Source: an uncultured bacterium (GTDB lineage Bacteria; Patescibacteriota; Minisyncoccia; Phycocordibacterales; UBA2100). Taken from it: a stretch of DNA of 64,000 nucleotides. A model generated the notes under the pieces. That model was not told the DNA's origin. It saw nothing but the letters and a program-made list of their open reading frames with translations, and ran no database searches. The stretch spans positions 2,192-66,191 of the forward strand of contig CAIOKC010000027.1 in assembly GCA_903858755.1 (NCBI GenBank). The letters run 5' to 3'. A program made the translations under genes and the position numbers. How positions within the stretch are numbered: the first letter of the stretch is position 1; every line of letters begins with the position of its first letter. Shown piece after piece: positions 19,626 through 28,288 of this stretch.

Positions 19626-21314
19626 TTACTGAACCTGGAACGTAAGCGTGTTCGATGTTCCCGAAGCATTGCTGACCGATACCTGGATAGGACCCGGCAT
19701 CACCTGCTGGATGCTCTGCGTGCAAAGCGTGCCCGGAGCCGCAAGGTCGCATGGCGAGACATACCACGGAATAGTGTAGTAGATGGTCGTGCCGTTGACG
19801 CTCGGGACATGCTGCGTGCCGCCCATACCGAAACGCACGGTATTATCGTTGTTGAATCCTGATCCGGTGATGATGAGCTGCGTACCGCGCGCACCAGTCG
19901 ATGGTGAGAGATACGAAATGGTCACGGGATTGTACGTGCCCGAGCCAGAGACAACGACGCTCGCCGAAGCGGAGTTCTGTTGAGCCGAAGCATTGCTCAC
20001 GGTGAAGGTCGGTGAGTACGTGCCATTGGCGTAGTACGTGTGCGTGAAAGTGAGCGTCGTCTGACCCTGCGAATAGATGGTCTGTGGAGCGACCGCGCTT
20101 GCGCCATACACATATGCATCACCCCAATTCACGGACGCGGTAAGATACGAGCCGCCCGGATTATTGACGACCAGCGTCCACGTGCCCTGCACGCCGGATT
20201 GCAGCGTAGTCGGACCGTTCACGCTCGTGATCGACGGCGCAACGCCGCTCGAGATTGAAGTGATGGTAAACGGAAGTGCGTTGCTCGAAAGACCGGCGCT
20301 ATTGGAGACGGAGACATCGTAGGTCCCTGCGACAATCGCCTGCGAGCCGAAGCCGGTGAGCTGCGCGGGAATGACGAAGGACACCGAGCGACCGTCGGGA
20401 GAATTCAGGTTGCCGATGATGCCGTTGCCGAAGTGGACGCTGTTGCCGGTCGTAGAGAACCCGCTACCGAAGACGGTGACCCATGTGCCCACAGTGCCTG
20501 AATTCGGCGAAAGGTAGCTCGCGACCGGAATGCCGTTTGTCGCGCCGCAGCCGTATCCGCCAAACGAACATCCGCATCCGTACGAGCCGCCGTACGAGTA
20601 TGTGCTGCATGGATACTGATTGTATTGGTTGTACGGATAGTACGTGCCGTAGGGGTAGAGCGTGAAGGTCATCTTATTGCTCGTACCGCGCGAATTCGAG
20701 ACGTAGAGTTCCACGCTCTGATTCTGACCATAGGAATACGTGGCGGGAACGACGAACGTGAGCGAGGTGCCATTCGAAGAGACTCCGGAGACCGCTTGCG
20801 AGCCGAAGTAGACGATGTTGTTGATCGGATCAAAACCGATTCCGTAGAGCGTGACCGTGTTGCCCGGTACGCCGGTGTTCTGCGACATCGACGTGATCGA
20901 GAGAGTGCCGGTCGGATACGTGGAATACGCCGGGTAGACAGAAGTGTACGGATACGCATTGAAGTTGTAGCTGAACGGATTGTACGCGGAGGAAGATGCG
21001 CCGAGATATCCGCAGCTCGCGGCATTGATTGCCGCGCGCGTCGCGCTGTCTACCGAGCCGGTCATCGCGAGACCCTGCGCTTGCTGGAAATTACGCACCG
21101 CAGCCGCGGTCGCCTGACCATAGTAGCCGGTTACCATCCACGACCCACCGCCCGGATAATTCTGGGAGACGAGAAAATTTTGAAGATTCGTGACCTGTGA
21201 ACCGCGAGAGCCAGTCGAGAGATCGCTGGTGAGCGAAATGCAGGTCTGCGCAGAGGCGACACTCGCGCCGAAAAGAGCGACTATGAAAAGGGCAGAGGGA
21301 ATAATTTTGTTCAT
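19626..21314 (-). CDS. Secreted surface protein with peptidoglycan-binding domain and IPT/TIG-like S/T/G/Y-rich repeats
   Basis: Signal peptide; PG_binding_1-like segment (GSRGSQVTNLQNFL...VRNFQQAQGLAMTG); long low-complexity Ser/Thr/Gly/Tyr region with repeated beta-domain motifs. Confidence 0.65.
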   Translation of the reverse strand: MNKIIPSALFIVALFGASVASAQTCISLTSDLSTGSRGSQVTNLQNFLVSQNYPGGGSWMVTGYYGQATAAAVRNFQQAQGLAMTGSVDSATRAAINAASCGYLGASSSAYNPFSYNFNAYPYTSVYPAYSTYPTGTLSITSMSQNTGVPGNTVTLYGIGFDPINNIVYFGSQAVSGVSSNGTSLTFVVPATYSYGQNQSVELYVSNSRGTSNKMTFTLYPYGTYYPYNQYNQYPCSTYSYGGSYGCGCSFGGYGCGATNGIPVASYLSPNSGTVGTWVTVFGSGFSTTGNSVHFGNGIIGNLNSPDGRSVSFVIPAQLTGFGSQAIVAGTYDVSVSNSAGLSSNALPFTITSISSGVAPSITSVNGPTTLQSGVQGTWTLVVNNPGGSYLTASVNWGDAYVYGASAVAPQTIYSQGQTTLTFTHTYYANGTYSPTFTVSNASAQQNSASASVVVSGSGTYNPVTISYLSPSTGARGTQLIITGSGFNNDNTVRFGMGGTQHVPSVNGTTIYYTIPWYVSPCDLAAPGTLCTQSIQQVMPGPIQVSVSNASGTSNTLTFQVQ

Positions 21315-21383
21315 GGCTAATGTATGGCTCTACGTAAGGGTTTTAGCCCTGATGAGCGGTTAGTGATAAGGATTAATGTCGGT

Positions 21384-21412
21384 ATTATACACCGAAATCT
21401 CGCCTAACGCAA
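21384..21412 (-). promoter_or_regulatory. Sigma70-like promoter (TTGCGT, 17 bp, TGtATAAT) upstream of the surface-protein gene
   Basis: The minus strand reads TTGCGTtaggcgagatttcggTGTATAAT, about 75 nt upstream of the ATG at 21314. Confidence 0.45.
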
Positions 21413-21418
21413 GCCCCA

Positions 21419-21880
21419 TTATTCGACCGATAGATCCCCGCGAAACTCCTGCCGGATATGTTTCTGCAACCGTCTATTCCGCGAGTGAGACAGGATACCG
21501 AGATACGATTCTCTGCTCTGCGTAAGCGCCATTTCGTCGATGAGTCCTTGTCGCAGCGCCTCGCTTCGTTCATGCAGTTTCCGCATCATCCGTTTCTTCG
21601 TTCTCGTACGGACGACGCGATGGTGCGGGAAGTGGACAAAGCCGAGAAAGTCGATACCTTTGCCGATCGTACCGAATCGCACTTTGTGCGGGTGCAGGGT
21701 CATAGACAATCGCTGTTCCAAAAACTCGCGTATCAAAGGCAGCAATCGTTCGAGTTCCTTTTTGTCGCGACTCAAAATGACGAAATCGTCGTTGTACCGG
21801 AGATACTGCTTGCAGCCTAACGTGCGCTTTACGTATTGATCCAGCGGATCGAGATAGACATTCGCAAAAACCCGCGAGGA
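21419..21880 (-). pseudogene. 5'-truncated DGR-type reverse transcriptase remnant (only RT motif 5 YxDD onward plus thumb)
   Basis: The frame encodes VYLDPLDQYVKRTLGCKQYLRYNDDFVILSRDKKELERL...GIDFLGFVHFP.... An in-frame TAA stop lies immediately upstream, within the loop of a terminator hairpin. There is no room for the RT fingers/palm domains before the TR. Confidence 0.6.
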
Positions 21881-21889
21881 TTAGTCGCG
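21851..21889. terminator. Bidirectional hairpin (A5-CCCGCGA/TCGCGGG-T5) between the TR and the RT remnant
   Basis: Perfect 12-bp stem AAAAACCCGCGA-CTAATCC-TCGCGGGTTTTT. Confidence 0.5.
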
Positions 21890-21906
21890 GGTTTTTGCCA
21901 ACCGTT

Positions 21907-22021
21907 CGGGAGAGGCAGACGCCAATGAACTCGTTGGTGATCCTCGGGTTGTTCCTGTTCACGTTCGCGCCGTCTCGATCGAAGTTGCCGACATACACGA
22001 GGTTGCCGTCGGAATCACGCC
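21907..22021 (-). repeat. DGR template repeat (TR)
   Basis: A 115-nt repeat homologous to the C-terminal coding end of the gene at 22280..24253. Of 20 mismatches, 18 fall at adenines of this copy on the coding strand. AAC-rich: NFDRDGANVNRNNPRITNEF. Confidence 0.8.
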
Positions 22022-22212
22022 TGCCGTTTGGCTCGGAGCCATCTGTGTAAGACCGCTGCGGATCCGAAGACCAGGCTGCGGCCTTGTGGGGTATACGATG
22101 TGCGCGATCACCCCCGTATCAGACTTCCGCGCCAGTTCCAAGCCAAAGCATGGTTGTATGGCGACCGGCATCCGTAAACGCCGGTTCATGAGCCATGCCT
22201 ATCATAGCAAAA

Positions 22213-22242
22213 ATTTTTCGGATGCATCGGCTCTAACCGAGC
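22213..22242 (-). terminator. GC hairpin plus T-run about 40 nt downstream of the VR/target stop codon
   Basis: GCATCGGCTC-GGTTA-GAGCCGATGC followed by ATCCGAAAAATTTTT on the minus strand. Confidence 0.45.
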
Positions 22243-22279
22243 CGATGCGACTCAAAAGGCAAAACACAAGGCACAAAAA

Positions 22280-24253
22280 TCACATGCGGGAGAGACAGAC
22301 GCCAAGGAACTCGTCGGTGAGCCCCGGGCTGTGCCCGCGCACGAACGCGCCGTCCCGAGCGAAGCTGCCGACACACACGAGGCTGCCGCCGGAAGTACGC
22401 CCTGAAGTCCATGTATATATACTGGGCAACAATTTCTCCGATCGCGCCTGATCGTTGAGGACAAGGCGGTACATCGCTTCAACGGGCCGCTCGCGAGTCA
22501 GCTTCGTGATCGCAAGCTCGCTCAATCGCCTCGAACCCTCTTGCCACTCGGAAATAGTGCTCGACGTGGCAAGGCGTGCCAGTTCCGTTTTCTGTCGATT
22601 GAAGTCATCTATCGCCGTACCGAAGGTCGGAGGAAGGACACGCCCCTTGAACACGTCGTTTTTCAAATGTGCAATTACCGTCTCCGTTTGTTGCACGTAA
22701 TTCTGCGACAGAGAATTGGGCACCACTTCGTCAGAGGTAAGGTGCCAGCCCACGCGGGGCTTCTCGCTTTTGAAAAACTCCTCGTTGTTGTACCAGTCCT
22801 GATCGTAATACATCGGATTACCGTCGTGCGCTTTTGCAAACTTCTCTTTCATATTTTTGAGCGTCACATCGACAATCTCGGACGCACCTTTGCGTCCGGA
22901 CCGTCCCGGCTTCTCCATCACCATCTTGTCGGTGTAAAGAATCAATTTTTGACCAAGGCGCTTTGCGTTTTCCAGATCGGCTCGCGAGAACTGGATCGGA
23001 TCCGTGCGATCGACGCCGAAGACGCGCCTTACATCCGCATATCCGAACACTTTTTCTTGTCCCATGATGCGCTCGGCTTCTGCGATCGTCATACCTTCGA
23101 CCCCTGCCTCGGGTGCTGTCGGCGGAGCTTCGGCTGGTATCTCTTGCGCCCCCAACTCGCGGCGTTTCGTGTTCTGCGGAGGCGCGTAGACGACCGTGTT
23201 GATGAGCGCCTGAATCTTGTCGCGATCGGCCTGATCGCTCACGCGGTTGGTGTAGTAGTAGCGGAGCGCGTCTTGGAAGGTTTTGTTGATGTCGCCGCGA
23301 TAGAATCGTTGCACGAACTCGAATATGCGCTTGTCGTCGCGGGGAGTGGCAAACGCGACCGGTTGCGGCTGACCTCGTGCGATCGTCCGGTTCTCCACTT
23401 CATTCCGCAGCGCTTCCGATACTTCCACGTACCGCGCAAGCAACTCTTCGATGCCAGGAATCGTGGCGACCTCCGCTTCGGAGAGCATTTCGCCTTGCGC
23501 GAGATACTCCTCTTTCGGAATATTAATCCTATTGTCCTTGCCCAAACGTCCCAAAAGACGTGCCGTGCGTGTTTTCTCATCGAGACGATCCGGTTCTTTG
23601 ATATACACGAAGCGATCGATCTGCGCGGGGTCGAGCACTTCACGATCACCATATGAGCCGCCCGGAGGATTCTGCGCCGCGACGATGCGAAATTCGGGAT
23701 GTACTTTCACTATCTCGCTATTATTTTCGGTGAGTACGATCTCGCCTTTGCCGCGAAGGATCGAATCGAGGACTTCGTGCAGACGGCCACGGGTATCGCC
23801 GCGCATGAAATTGTATTCGTCGAGAAAGAGCACCCCGCCCTGGCGAGCCGCTTGCAATATCACGCCGTCTTTCCAGCCGAAGCCGCTTTTGGTGTCTTCG
23901 CGCACCGTCTGCGACCCGATCAGCGTGTCCGCATCATAGTCGTGGCAGTTGGCATAGTACGTTTCTCGGTTGAGTTCGGCGCACATACGATCCACCGTCT
24001 GCGATTTACCAAGACCGGAACCGCCTTCGACAAGCACGGGCTGATTGAGCGAGAGGCCGACCGCGATCTTTTGCGAGAGGCGCAGATCGTATTCGGTGAG
24101 CGTGTCGTTCTTGAAGCGATCGAGATTCGGGACATTCACGCCGCCTACGCCCTTCATCACTTCCGTGCCGAGATACGAGACAGATTTTTCTTTGTCCTCA
24201 AAAGGCGGAGGGGCATCTTTTCGCAACTGTTCCGGTTTGAATCGCTCGATCAT
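22280..24253 (-). CDS. MoxR-like AAA+ ATPase (AAA_5) fused to a C-terminal FGE/C-type-lectin-like domain carrying the DGR VR
   Basis: Walker A VLVEGGSGLGKSQ, Walker B VLFLDEYNF, sensor AAQNP. The C-terminus has an RTSGGS...GVCLSR FGE/CLec-like end containing the VR. Confidence 0.8.
   Translation of the reverse strand: MIERFKPEQLRKDAPPPFEDKEKSVSYLGTEVMKGVGGVNVPNLDRFKNDTLTEYDLRLSQKIAVGLSLNQPVLVEGGSGLGKSQTVDRMCAELNRETYYANCHDYDADTLIGSQTVREDTKSGFGWKDGVILQAARQGGVLFLDEYNFMRGDTRGRLHEVLDSILRGKGEIVLTENNSEIVKVHPEFRIVAAQNPPGGSYGDREVLDPAQIDRFVYIKEPDRLDEKTRTARLLGRLGKDNRINIPKEEYLAQGEMLSEAEVATIPGIEELLARYVEVSEALRNEVENRTIARGQPQPVAFATPRDDKRIFEFVQRFYRGDINKTFQDALRYYYTNRVSDQADRDKIQALINTVVYAPPQNTKRRELGAQEIPAEAPPTAPEAGVEGMTIAEAERIMGQEKVFGYADVRRVFGVDRTDPIQFSRADLENAKRLGQKLILYTDKMVMEKPGRSGRKGASEIVDVTLKNMKEKFAKAHDGNPMYYDQDWYNNEEFFKSEKPRVGWHLTSDEVVPNSLSQNYVQQTETVIAHLKNDVFKGRVLPPTFGTAIDDFNRQKTELARLATSSTISEWQEGSRRLSELAITKLTRERPVEAMYRLVLNDQARSEKLLPSIYTWTSGRTSGGSLVCVGSFARDGAFVRGHSPGLTDEFLGVCLSRM
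22287..22401 (-). repeat. DGR variable repeat (VR) at the 3' end of the AAA+ target gene
   Basis: Encodes SFARDGAFVRGHSPGLTDEFLGVCLSRM*. It differs from the TR almost only at TR-adenine positions (N to S, F, R, H, S, D). Confidence 0.8.
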
Positions 24254-24669
24254 ACTTGTTCGATGAGTCCCACCTTTTCCCGGACGGAGAAGCCGCTTGT
24301 TTCTATTTTCTCAAGATCACCAACGCTCACTAGAACAACAAAATGGGTGTGAAGAGGATCGAACTGTGCAGCCTTGTATTCCATTGTTTCTTTGTCCATC
24401 AGCTGCACCATGCCGCCCCGCTCGGTGTATTGCGCGATGAAATCGTACCACTGTTTCAAGAGCGGATGAGAAATCGTGGCGACCACGGACTTTCCGGCTT
24501 GCATAAGATCGAGAGCATCAACCGGTGAACTGGTTCGGGTAAAGCCCGCATCCACGAGTACTCGCCCCGCATCAATCAGGTCCGTGTATTCGTCGCAGAC
24601 GATGAGAGCCGCCTCTTTTTGCTTCTGCACATATCCGATAAATTCGGACAGACTGTTAGAATTCGTCAT
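24250..24669 (-). CDS. Small hypothetical protein coupled between the vWA and AAA+ genes
   Basis: Its stop overlaps the AAA+ start (ATGA). It shows no recognisable motifs and has a possible small alpha/beta fold. Start is ATG 24669 or TTG 24687. Confidence 0.45.
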   Translation of the reverse strand: MTNSNSLSEFIGYVQKQKEAALIVCDEYTDLIDAGRVLVDAGFTRTSSPVDALDLMQAGKSVVATISHPLLKQWYDFIAQYTERGGMVQLMDKETMEYKAAQFDPLHTHFVVLVSVGDLEKIETSGFSVREKVGLIEQV

Positions 24670-26812
24670 ACCGCTCGATTGCGTCAAGTATAAGGTCTGC
24701 CAGCTTTTCCGCCATCTCCTCTACGCTCACATTCGCTATGCTGTTTGGGTAGTATTGCCGGACGTGCTCGGTGCCGCGTCCTAGCCCGAGGCCGATGAGC
24801 TTTTGGTCGGTTTCCGCTTCAATGCGCTTCACGACTGATTCCAGGTCATATTGCGGTCCCCTGCGGTGAGGGGAAGGGACAGGAAGACCGTCTGATATTG
24901 GAATAAGGAACTTCTCACTTGCATCCGCCTGCGCAAGCCGTTTCGATGCCTCCGAGAGTGCCCACCCGTCGTCGTTCCATCTCGCATGGCCCGTCTTCAC
25001 TTCTTGCAGCATGCTGCCCATGTTCTCACGCACTGCGTCGGAAAGCGGAGCGCTGAATCTGCGGTATTCTCGCAGCTCATCGTGAAAACCCAGAATCTCG
25101 GTTTTTATCGAAAGCCGGTTGAGCGCTTCGGTGAGCGCTACCGCGCCTTGGAATGCGGCGCGAATCTTGTCTCCGCGAGACATGGAGCCGGAGAGGTCCA
25201 CAAGGAGCGTAAAGGCATGGTCTTTTTCGATCGGCTTGTCGCGCCTTTGCCACGCACGGCTTTTTGGCGCAGGAACGTCTTTGGCGATCTCTTGAATGCG
25301 TTTCTGTATGCGGATGCGGGGACCGGACTTCTTGCCGGGCTCCCATCCGCGAGCTTTGCGGGCACGGAATATGTTGCGCAAATCGTTTTCGAGGCGGTTG
25401 ACGACATCCGCGACTTCCCGCAATGCTTCGTCGTATGCGTCTCTTTTGCCTTCGAGAATATCCCGTATCTGGTCTTGCACGCTCGATCGGTCGAATCCTT
25501 CGAGCGGATCGCGGAGACTGGTCGTATCTGTATCTACTGGTTGTTTTCTTTCCGCCACTTGATCTGAAAGTTTACCCTTCAGTTTCTCACCGAGCTTGTC
25601 CTCGATATCCCGAATTGCTTGCCTCGCCTTTTCTTCGAGTTCGCGTCTCTTCTCTTCCGGCAACGATTCAACGTACTCTTTGATCTTTTCTTTCGTCTCG
25701 GGCGAAAGCAAATCCATATCGATCACAACATCGTTGCCGCCTTGCTTTTCGTCTTGATTTGATCGCTTGCCCTGAGCTTGTCGAAGGGCTTCGCGTATCG
25801 CACCCTCGATTTCCTTTTGCTGATCCGGCGTCAGGTTGTCTTTCAATTCCTGCGGCAAATTCGGTTGTCCTTGTCCGCCTTCGCCCTGCTGCATTTCCTG
25901 TATCGCTTTCTGCGTACGCTCGTCTTTCATATCCTCGTCGACGAGCCTCTTGTACTCCGGCCAGATATTGTCGCGGTTGATCTCGTATGAGCGTTTCGCG
26001 TACGCTTCAATCGTCGCTTCGCTTTGATCGGCCTCGTCTTTCGACGGATAGCGCCACCAGGAATCCTGCGCGGCTGAGAGCGTTTTCTGCACGACCGCTT
26101 TCACATCGTCGGGGAGCGTCTTGTCGATCTCAAACTCTTTTCCATGCACTTCGCGGAACCACTGTTTGATGTATTCGAGCCCTGCTCGCGCGAAGCGGGG
26201 CGTGAAACCCAATTTTTTCTTCGTTTTTTTCATTTCAGCCTCGAACTCCTGATCGAGCGTGTATGTCGCGTCGCGGTCGGCGGAGAGCGCAGGATACGCC
26301 TCGGTGATGAAATTGTTGTCGCGAGGATCTTCGATCGCGTTGGACATGAACGCAAACCCCGGTTGACGCCACACGTCGTCGGGAATAAAACTCGTGCGAC
26401 TAATGCGACGGTGCCCTCCTTCATGCGCCGTCACCCAGCGGGAGTACGAGAGCGGCTTTTTGAGCAAATCCTTCGGGTCGACCTTGATGTGGTTGTCCTT
26501 GAAGTTCCAGTGCCAACCCGCGCCCGGACGATTCAGAAGCACGGGAATCTCGAAGTCCTTGCCGATAAAGTACGCGATGGACGATAGAACGCGCTGCTTG
26601 TACCTGATCTCTTGTCGCTGCGACTCGTTGAATCCGGCAAGTATCTGTTCGTCCTCGTTGCGATTTGGTCCCTCCTGTCCTCGCGGTCTGCGCGGTCCCA
26701 TTGCTTCGAGACGGTTCAAGCCTTTCATGGGCGAATTGTGGCACATCAAAAGCCCCTCTGACAGCCGGTATGGGATAACCATCAACATTGCTCTTTGAAA
26801 CGGCTGTTGCAA
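24656..26812 (-). CDS. vWA (von Willebrand factor A) domain protein with N-terminal HEGGH zincin-like motif and Lys/Glu-rich coiled-coil
   Basis: C-terminal vWA domain with MIDAS DLSGSMS. N-terminal WVTAHEGGHRR (HExxH). Central charged low-complexity region. Start is TTG 26812 or ATG 26788. Confidence 0.75.
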   Translation of the reverse strand: MQQPFQRAMLMVIPYRLSEGLLMCHNSPMKGLNRLEAMGPRRPRGQEGPNRNEDEQILAGFNESQRQEIRYKQRVLSSIAYFIGKDFEIPVLLNRPGAGWHWNFKDNHIKVDPKDLLKKPLSYSRWVTAHEGGHRRISRTSFIPDDVWRQPGFAFMSNAIEDPRDNNFITEAYPALSADRDATYTLDQEFEAEMKKTKKKLGFTPRFARAGLEYIKQWFREVHGKEFEIDKTLPDDVKAVVQKTLSAAQDSWWRYPSKDEADQSEATIEAYAKRSYEINRDNIWPEYKRLVDEDMKDERTQKAIQEMQQGEGGQGQPNLPQELKDNLTPDQQKEIEGAIREALRQAQGKRSNQDEKQGGNDVVIDMDLLSPETKEKIKEYVESLPEEKRRELEEKARQAIRDIEDKLGEKLKGKLSDQVAERKQPVDTDTTSLRDPLEGFDRSSVQDQIRDILEGKRDAYDEALREVADVVNRLENDLRNIFRARKARGWEPGKKSGPRIRIQKRIQEIAKDVPAPKSRAWQRRDKPIEKDHAFTLLVDLSGSMSRGDKIRAAFQGAVALTEALNRLSIKTEILGFHDELREYRRFSAPLSDAVRENMGSMLQEVKTGHARWNDDGWALSEASKRLAQADASEKFLIPISDGLPVPSPHRRGPQYDLESVVKRIEAETDQKLIGLGLGRGTEHVRQYYPNSIANVSVEEMAEKLADLILDAIERYDEF

Positions 26813-26903
26813 AAAAGGTGTAAGAATGCACGCACATCCACCGTCTCCCTCTACGCGCGGAGCAACATCCGCGTCATTACCAAATTAGCAACAATAAAAT
26901 ACC

Positions 26904-27419
26904 ATGAACACTCTCAAAAAGATTCTCGGGACGACTACGCTCGCGGTGCTTGTGTGCATGCCAATCGCGGCTTCGGCTGATTCTATCGGCGCACGCGGGG
27001 GCACAGGCGTCTTCGTCGGAGAAAACGGCGTCGTTCACGTACTTGGCGCACAAGTATCTGCGATTTCAGGCAATGTCATCAGTGCATTCACCTCAATCGG
27101 CAACGTCGTGATGAATTGGACGATCAATGCATCGAGCGACACGAAGATAGCCGGCGGCGGCTCGAAAAGCGCGACCGTCGCTGACCTTCACGTCGGCGAT
27201 AAGATCGCTTTTTCCGGCACCAATAGCACGAGCTCGCCTCTCACGATCTCGGCTCGCAAGATTGTCGACATCACGACCACTCCGCCGCGTACGCATAAGA
27301 CCGACACCATGAGCGACGATGAAAACGGCGACAAAAAACGCGCTTGGGGGCGCGGCTCAGGGAAATTCTTCGGCGGTCTCCACTTCGGGCTTGGCGACAG
27401 GCACGGTAAAGACGACTAA
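26904..27419 (+). CDS. Secreted hypothetical protein
   Basis: Signal peptide MNTLKKILGTTTLAVLVCMPIAASA; Gly/Ser-rich. Confidence 0.5.
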   Translation: MNTLKKILGTTTLAVLVCMPIAASADSIGARGGTGVFVGENGVVHVLGAQVSAISGNVISAFTSIGNVVMNWTINASSDTKIAGGGSKSATVADLHVGDKIAFSGTNSTSSPLTISARKIVDITTTPPRTHKTDTMSDDENGDKKRAWGRGSGKFFGGLHFGLGDRHGKDD

Positions 27420-27435
27420 TCGCTCCGACCCACAC

Positions 27436-27460
27436 AAAAAGCCCCTCGAAGGGGCTTTTT
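27436..27460. terminator. Bidirectional rho-independent terminator
   Basis: AAAAAGCCCCT-CGAA-GGGGCTTTTT between convergent genes. Confidence 0.7.
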
Positions 27461-27535
27461 GTCCGTAATTCGCGTTCTCAGGCGATTCTTTTTCTCTGTC
27501 GACTACATAGCCTCTCGTACTCCAAGTGTGCCAAA

Positions 27536-27769
27536 TCAGCGTTCAAGCGAATTCCCCCGCACAAACGGCTCGCTGATCCAGCCGATATCGTCGAAAAAAG
27601 GAGCAAGGACGCCGAGCGCGATCGTCGCAAGTATCGCAGAGCCGACAAAAAACCCGATCCCATACACGATGCCAGCGACGAACATGCGTGAGAGCGAGTT
27701 CTGCCGCGCGACCTGCTTATTGAGCAAGTCCAGGTGCTCGATCACTTTCGCATCATTCGCTGGTTCCAT
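27536..27769 (-). CDS. Small membrane protein
   Basis: 77 aa with one or two hydrophobic helices. Confidence 0.4.
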   Translation of the reverse strand: MEPANDAKVIEHLDLLNKQVARQNSLSRMFVAGIVYGIGFFVGSAILATIALGVLAPFFDDIGWISEPFVRGNSLER

Positions 27770-27781
27770 ACGGGAAGTATA

Positions 27782-28258
27782 TCAGCCGACGACCGCGCGC
27801 TCGATACTCATCGGCTCTACGGGGCGATCATTCGCATCGGTCGGCGTGCTCTCTATCGCCTCCACTATCTCCATGCCGGAGACCACTCTGCCGAAGACGG
27901 TGTGCTTGGTGTCCAAAAAGTTGTTCGGAGCGACGTTGATGAAGAATTGGCTGCCGTTGGTATTTGGTCCTGCGTTTGCCATAGCGATAGTCCCCACTTC
28001 ATTCCGATTGTTCGCATGAATCTCATCGTCACATTGGTAGCCAGGTCCGCCCGTCCCCCAGCGCGCTTTCTGGGCATCATCTTTGCTCTGCGGATCGCCG
28101 CCCTGGATCATAAAATCCTTGATCACGCGGTGGAATTTGGTGCCGTCGTAAAACCCTTCGCGCGCGAGCTTCGCAAAATTCGCAACCGTATTCGGCGCAT
28201 CTTTCTCCATCATCTCGATCCCGATCTCCCCTTTGTTCGTATGCAATGTGATTTTCAT
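27782..28258 (-). CDS. ppiB: Peptidyl-prolyl cis-trans isomerase, cyclophilin type
   Basis: Cyclophilin signatures: FHRVIKDFMIQGGDP and MANAGPNTNGSQFFI. Confidence 0.9.
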   Translation of the reverse strand: MKITLHTNKGEIGIEMMEKDAPNTVANFAKLAREGFYDGTKFHRVIKDFMIQGGDPQSKDDAQKARWGTGGPGYQCDDEIHANNRNEVGTIAMANAGPNTNGSQFFINVAPNNFLDTKHTVFGRVVSGMEIVEAIESTPTDANDRPVEPMSIERAVVG

Positions 28259-28288
28259 ATGGAGAGCAGTGTACCAGGCTTTTTCTCT

